From: Synergistaceae bacterium
GTDB lineage: Bacteria > Synergistota > Synergistia > Synergistales > Synergistaceae
DNA: 26,682 bases
Assembly: GCA_030531285.1 (NCBI GenBank)
Contig: JAUNNW010000002.1
Span: forward strand, 1 to 26,682
Reading direction: 5' to 3'
Shown piece by piece: positions 24,709 to 26,682 of the stretch. Positions within the stretch are counted from its first letter, which is position 1. The number at the start of each line of letters is the position of its first letter. The notes beneath the pieces are model-generated. The model had not been told where the DNA came from. It did no database searches and was given only the letters and a program-made list of their open reading frames with translations. Made by a program: the position numbers and the translations under genes.

Positions 24709-25149
24709 CTATGCTATTCTTACAAGACCGCCATTAACTTGTCTTATTTCAATGTGTCCAAATTCTGAATAAAACGGGCAAGTCTCATTGTGAACATAAG
24801 CGCACGGAGCAAATATATCTTTCAAATCCATGTCCCATTCTTCTGTATGTTTTGATACATACATAAATGAGTACATTATCATTGTGTCAGACTCATCAAA
24901 CTTAAACCGTGTCTTAATAACCATATAAACAAGCGCATCGTGTTCTTCTTCAAATTTCCTTACTTCTTTTTCTATTTCAGGATAGCTGCCTTCATCAAGA
25001 CCCCAAAGAATGCCTGCATATTCAGATACCATAACCTTTCCTTCTTTGTCAAAAAGTTCTATAGCAGGTTTGAAAATGCCAAGCTTTCTCATTCTTTTAA
25101 TAGCCTCACGCTTCTGTACCTCAGCAAACTTTACGTCTTTAGTTCCCAT
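24709..25149 (-). CDS. Hypothetical protein, 146 aa (mobile-element type)
   Basis: GGGGGA RBS; motifs KREAIKRM, FEEEHDALVYMVI, EEWDMD, AYVHN...SEFG; no function recognised. Confidence 0.8.
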   Translation of the reverse strand: MGTKDVKFAEVQKREAIKRMRKLGIFKPAIELFDKEGKVMVSEYAGILWGLDEGSYPEIEKEVRKFEEEHDALVYMVIKTRFKFDESDTMIMYSFMYVSKHTEEWDMDLKDIFAPCAYVHNETCPFYSEFGHIEIRQVNGGLVRIA

Positions 25150-25168
25150 TACAAAAATCCCCCAAAAA

Positions 25169-25546
25169 CTATTGAAAAAGGTAATTTACTCTATCTACAA
25201 TTTCTTCCCAAGAACAGTAATTGTTACGACCTCCAATGTAGTCATTTACACCTTTAGCCGTTCTGTAAAGGAATTTTTCATACAATCCTATTCCATCAAG
25301 ATTGATAGGCATTCCTCCACGTTGAACTGAATAACTTATGTACACATATTTGCCGTTTTTTTCAACAAAAGATGACATATCGTAGTGTCCTATACTAAAC
25401 TCAACAAGATTTATTCCCAACTCCTCAAATCTTTTCTTGAGTGCAGAGCGCATCGCTCTAAAGAATCTGGTGGCATCCTTGCTCATATAAGCACCTGCGT
25501 CTTCTAAAACTTTTCCTTGATAAGTCTCGTAAAATTTATCTTTCAT
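25169..25546 (-). CDS. Hypothetical protein, about 125 aa (phage/mobile-element type)
   Basis: GGAGGA RBS before ATG 25546; motifs GHYDMSSFVEKNGKYVYIS and LYRTAK..NDYIGGRNNYC. Confidence 0.8.
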   Translation of the reverse strand: MKDKFYETYQGKVLEDAGAYMSKDATRFFRAMRSALKKRFEELGINLVEFSIGHYDMSSFVEKNGKYVYISYSVQRGGMPINLDGIGLYEKFLYRTAKGVNDYIGGRNNYCSWEEIVDRVNYLFQ

Positions 25547-25563
25547 ATTCATTCCTCCAATAT

Positions 25564-25767
25564 TTAGGTCAAATCCATATACTCAACAAGTTCACCAACG
25601 AGGTCTTTGATGTAATCGTGAATAAACAATGCTTTTTGGATATTACAATAGTCTTCAGAACCTTCTTTAATCCTTGCAGGATCTTTATCTGGGTATAATT
25701 TATCAAATGCTTCCATAAGCGAATGAATAAGCAAAACTTTTTCTTCAATAACGTGTCTGTCTTCCAT
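25564..25767 (-). CDS. Hypothetical protein, 67 aa (paralog family A, copy 2)
   Basis: Similar to 23555..23737; starts 5 nt after the upstream stop. Confidence 0.8.
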   Translation of the reverse strand: MEDRHVIEEKVLLIHSLMEAFDKLYPDKDPARIKEGSEDYCNIQKALFIHDYIKDLVGELVEYMDLT

Positions 25768-25772
25768 AATGT

Positions 25773-25988
25773 TTAATACTCCATACGATAAGTTATATTT
25801 TCTGTGTGTTTAGCTTTTGCAAGTTCATTAAGGAGTGATACAATTATCGTTGCAGCTTCTTTTTCAAAGTGCTTTGCCATACTCTCTCTTGTGGTGGTAC
25901 AAATTGAATAGTTATTTTCGTCAAAGCCGCTGATAAATTTTTTTCTTAATGTAAAGAACTGTGTAGTATGCACTTCGACTATTTTCAT
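25773..25988 (-). CDS. Hypothetical protein, 71 aa
   Basis: AAGGAGGAG RBS before ATG 25988 (MKIVEVHTTQFF...). Confidence 0.7.
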   Translation of the reverse strand: MKIVEVHTTQFFTLRKKFISGFDENNYSICTTTRESMAKHFEKEAATIIVSLLNELAKAKHTENITYRMEY

Positions 25989-26056
25989 TTTTTTCTCCTC
26001 CTTTTTACCACTTGTTAAGCTATTATTGCTAACTGGAAATGCTAACAGCAAAAATT

Positions 26057-26350
26057 TTAATCTTTTTTCATTGACTCTTCGAGCATTAACTCTTCAACGA
26101 AGGCAAGAGTTTTTTTAAGGGACTCTATTCTTCCATGATTCATTGCCCTGTCTTCCCTGCAATCATTTGTAATAGCGAGAGCCTGTGCTATCTCATAATG
26201 ATTATTTTCTTGTCCTGCAAGCCTTGAAACAAGACTTAACTCGTGTTTTTCTTTCTCAATGGAGTTGCTGAGCCGGTATTCATTGTCTTCAATTTCTTTT
26301 CTGATGTTATTGATTATTTTTTCTACAATGTTCATGCTTGCGTCTGTCAT
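26057..26350 (-). CDS. Hypothetical helical protein, 97 aa (paralog family B, copy 1)
   Basis: TAGGAGG RBS; similar to 26394..26663. Confidence 0.8.
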   Translation of the reverse strand: MTDASMNIVEKIINNIRKEIEDNEYRLSNSIEKEKHELSLVSRLAGQENNHYEIAQALAITNDCREDRAMNHGRIESLKKTLAFVEELMLEESMKKD

Positions 26351-26393
26351 TTTTCAATTCCTCCTATTGTATGTGTTAAAAACTACTGTTTTC

Positions 26394-26663
26394 TTACAAC
26401 AACCCTTCTATATGCTGAAGAGTAAGCTTGAGTGCTTTGATTCTTCCTTCAAGTTCTGCCTTTTGAATACGGTAATCATTGCAAGAACCTAAACTTCTGG
26501 AAACTTCATAATAATCTTTCTTAGAAACATCTTTGGCTAGTTCTTCATGGTAATCATGCAATCTTGTTTCTACATAATTCAATGAAATCTGTGCTTCTTC
26601 GATGTCAAATTTAATTTGCTGTGTTACCTTGCTTGCAAATTTACTGATTGCTTCTTCTGTCAT
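26394..26663 (-). CDS. Hypothetical helical protein, 89 aa (paralog family B, copy 2)
   Basis: TAGGAGG RBS; similar to 26057..26350. Confidence 0.8.
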   Translation of the reverse strand: MTEEAISKFASKVTQQIKFDIEEAQISLNYVETRLHDYHEELAKDVSKKDYYEVSRSLGSCNDYRIQKAELEGRIKALKLTLQHIEGLL

Positions 26664-26682
26664 TTCTAATTTCCTCCTATTT

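Larger units (their letters stand above)
23555..26682 (-). mobile_element. AT-rich island of small co-oriented genes, probably the edge of a prophage/ICE-like element continuing past the window
   Basis: Hand-counted G+C is 17/60 at 25741-25800 versus 28/60 at 9121-9180. Nine short minus-strand ORFs without housekeeping motifs, an XRE regulator and internal paralogs. No integrase in the window. Confidence 0.65.

Noticed and set aside
1-26682. CRISPR array, integron attC array, IS/transposase, integrase, rRNA/tRNA
   Set aside because: No regularly spaced repeats, no shared attC-like sites between the small genes, and no recombinase or RNA-gene signatures were seen.

Overview
Mostly a core-genome segment of an anaerobic bacterium. 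Gene order and ribosomal-protein style suggest Synergistota, which is an inference. From the left, nearly all on the minus strand: the 5' end of an NYN-domain gene; a four-gene type IV pilus/T2SS-like unit (GspE/PilB ATPase plus three minor prepilins); rplU-rpmA-obgE-nadD-LCP-rsfS; xseB-ispA-dxs-tlyA-nadK-recN; rpmB (+); mltG-DUF4911-tldD-ftsK; serA (+); and a three-gene unit with a formiminotetrahydrofolate cyclodeaminase-like gene. From about 23.5 kb to the right edge the DNA becomes AT-rich and holds a run of small co-oriented genes with strong RBSs, typical of phage/ICE cargo. This run includes an XRE-HTH fusion protein and two paralog pairs found by manual alignment, and it is the best candidate for undescribed biology. 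No integrase, transposase, tRNA, rRNA or CRISPR array was seen. All calls come from motif recognition by eye; no database searches were run.
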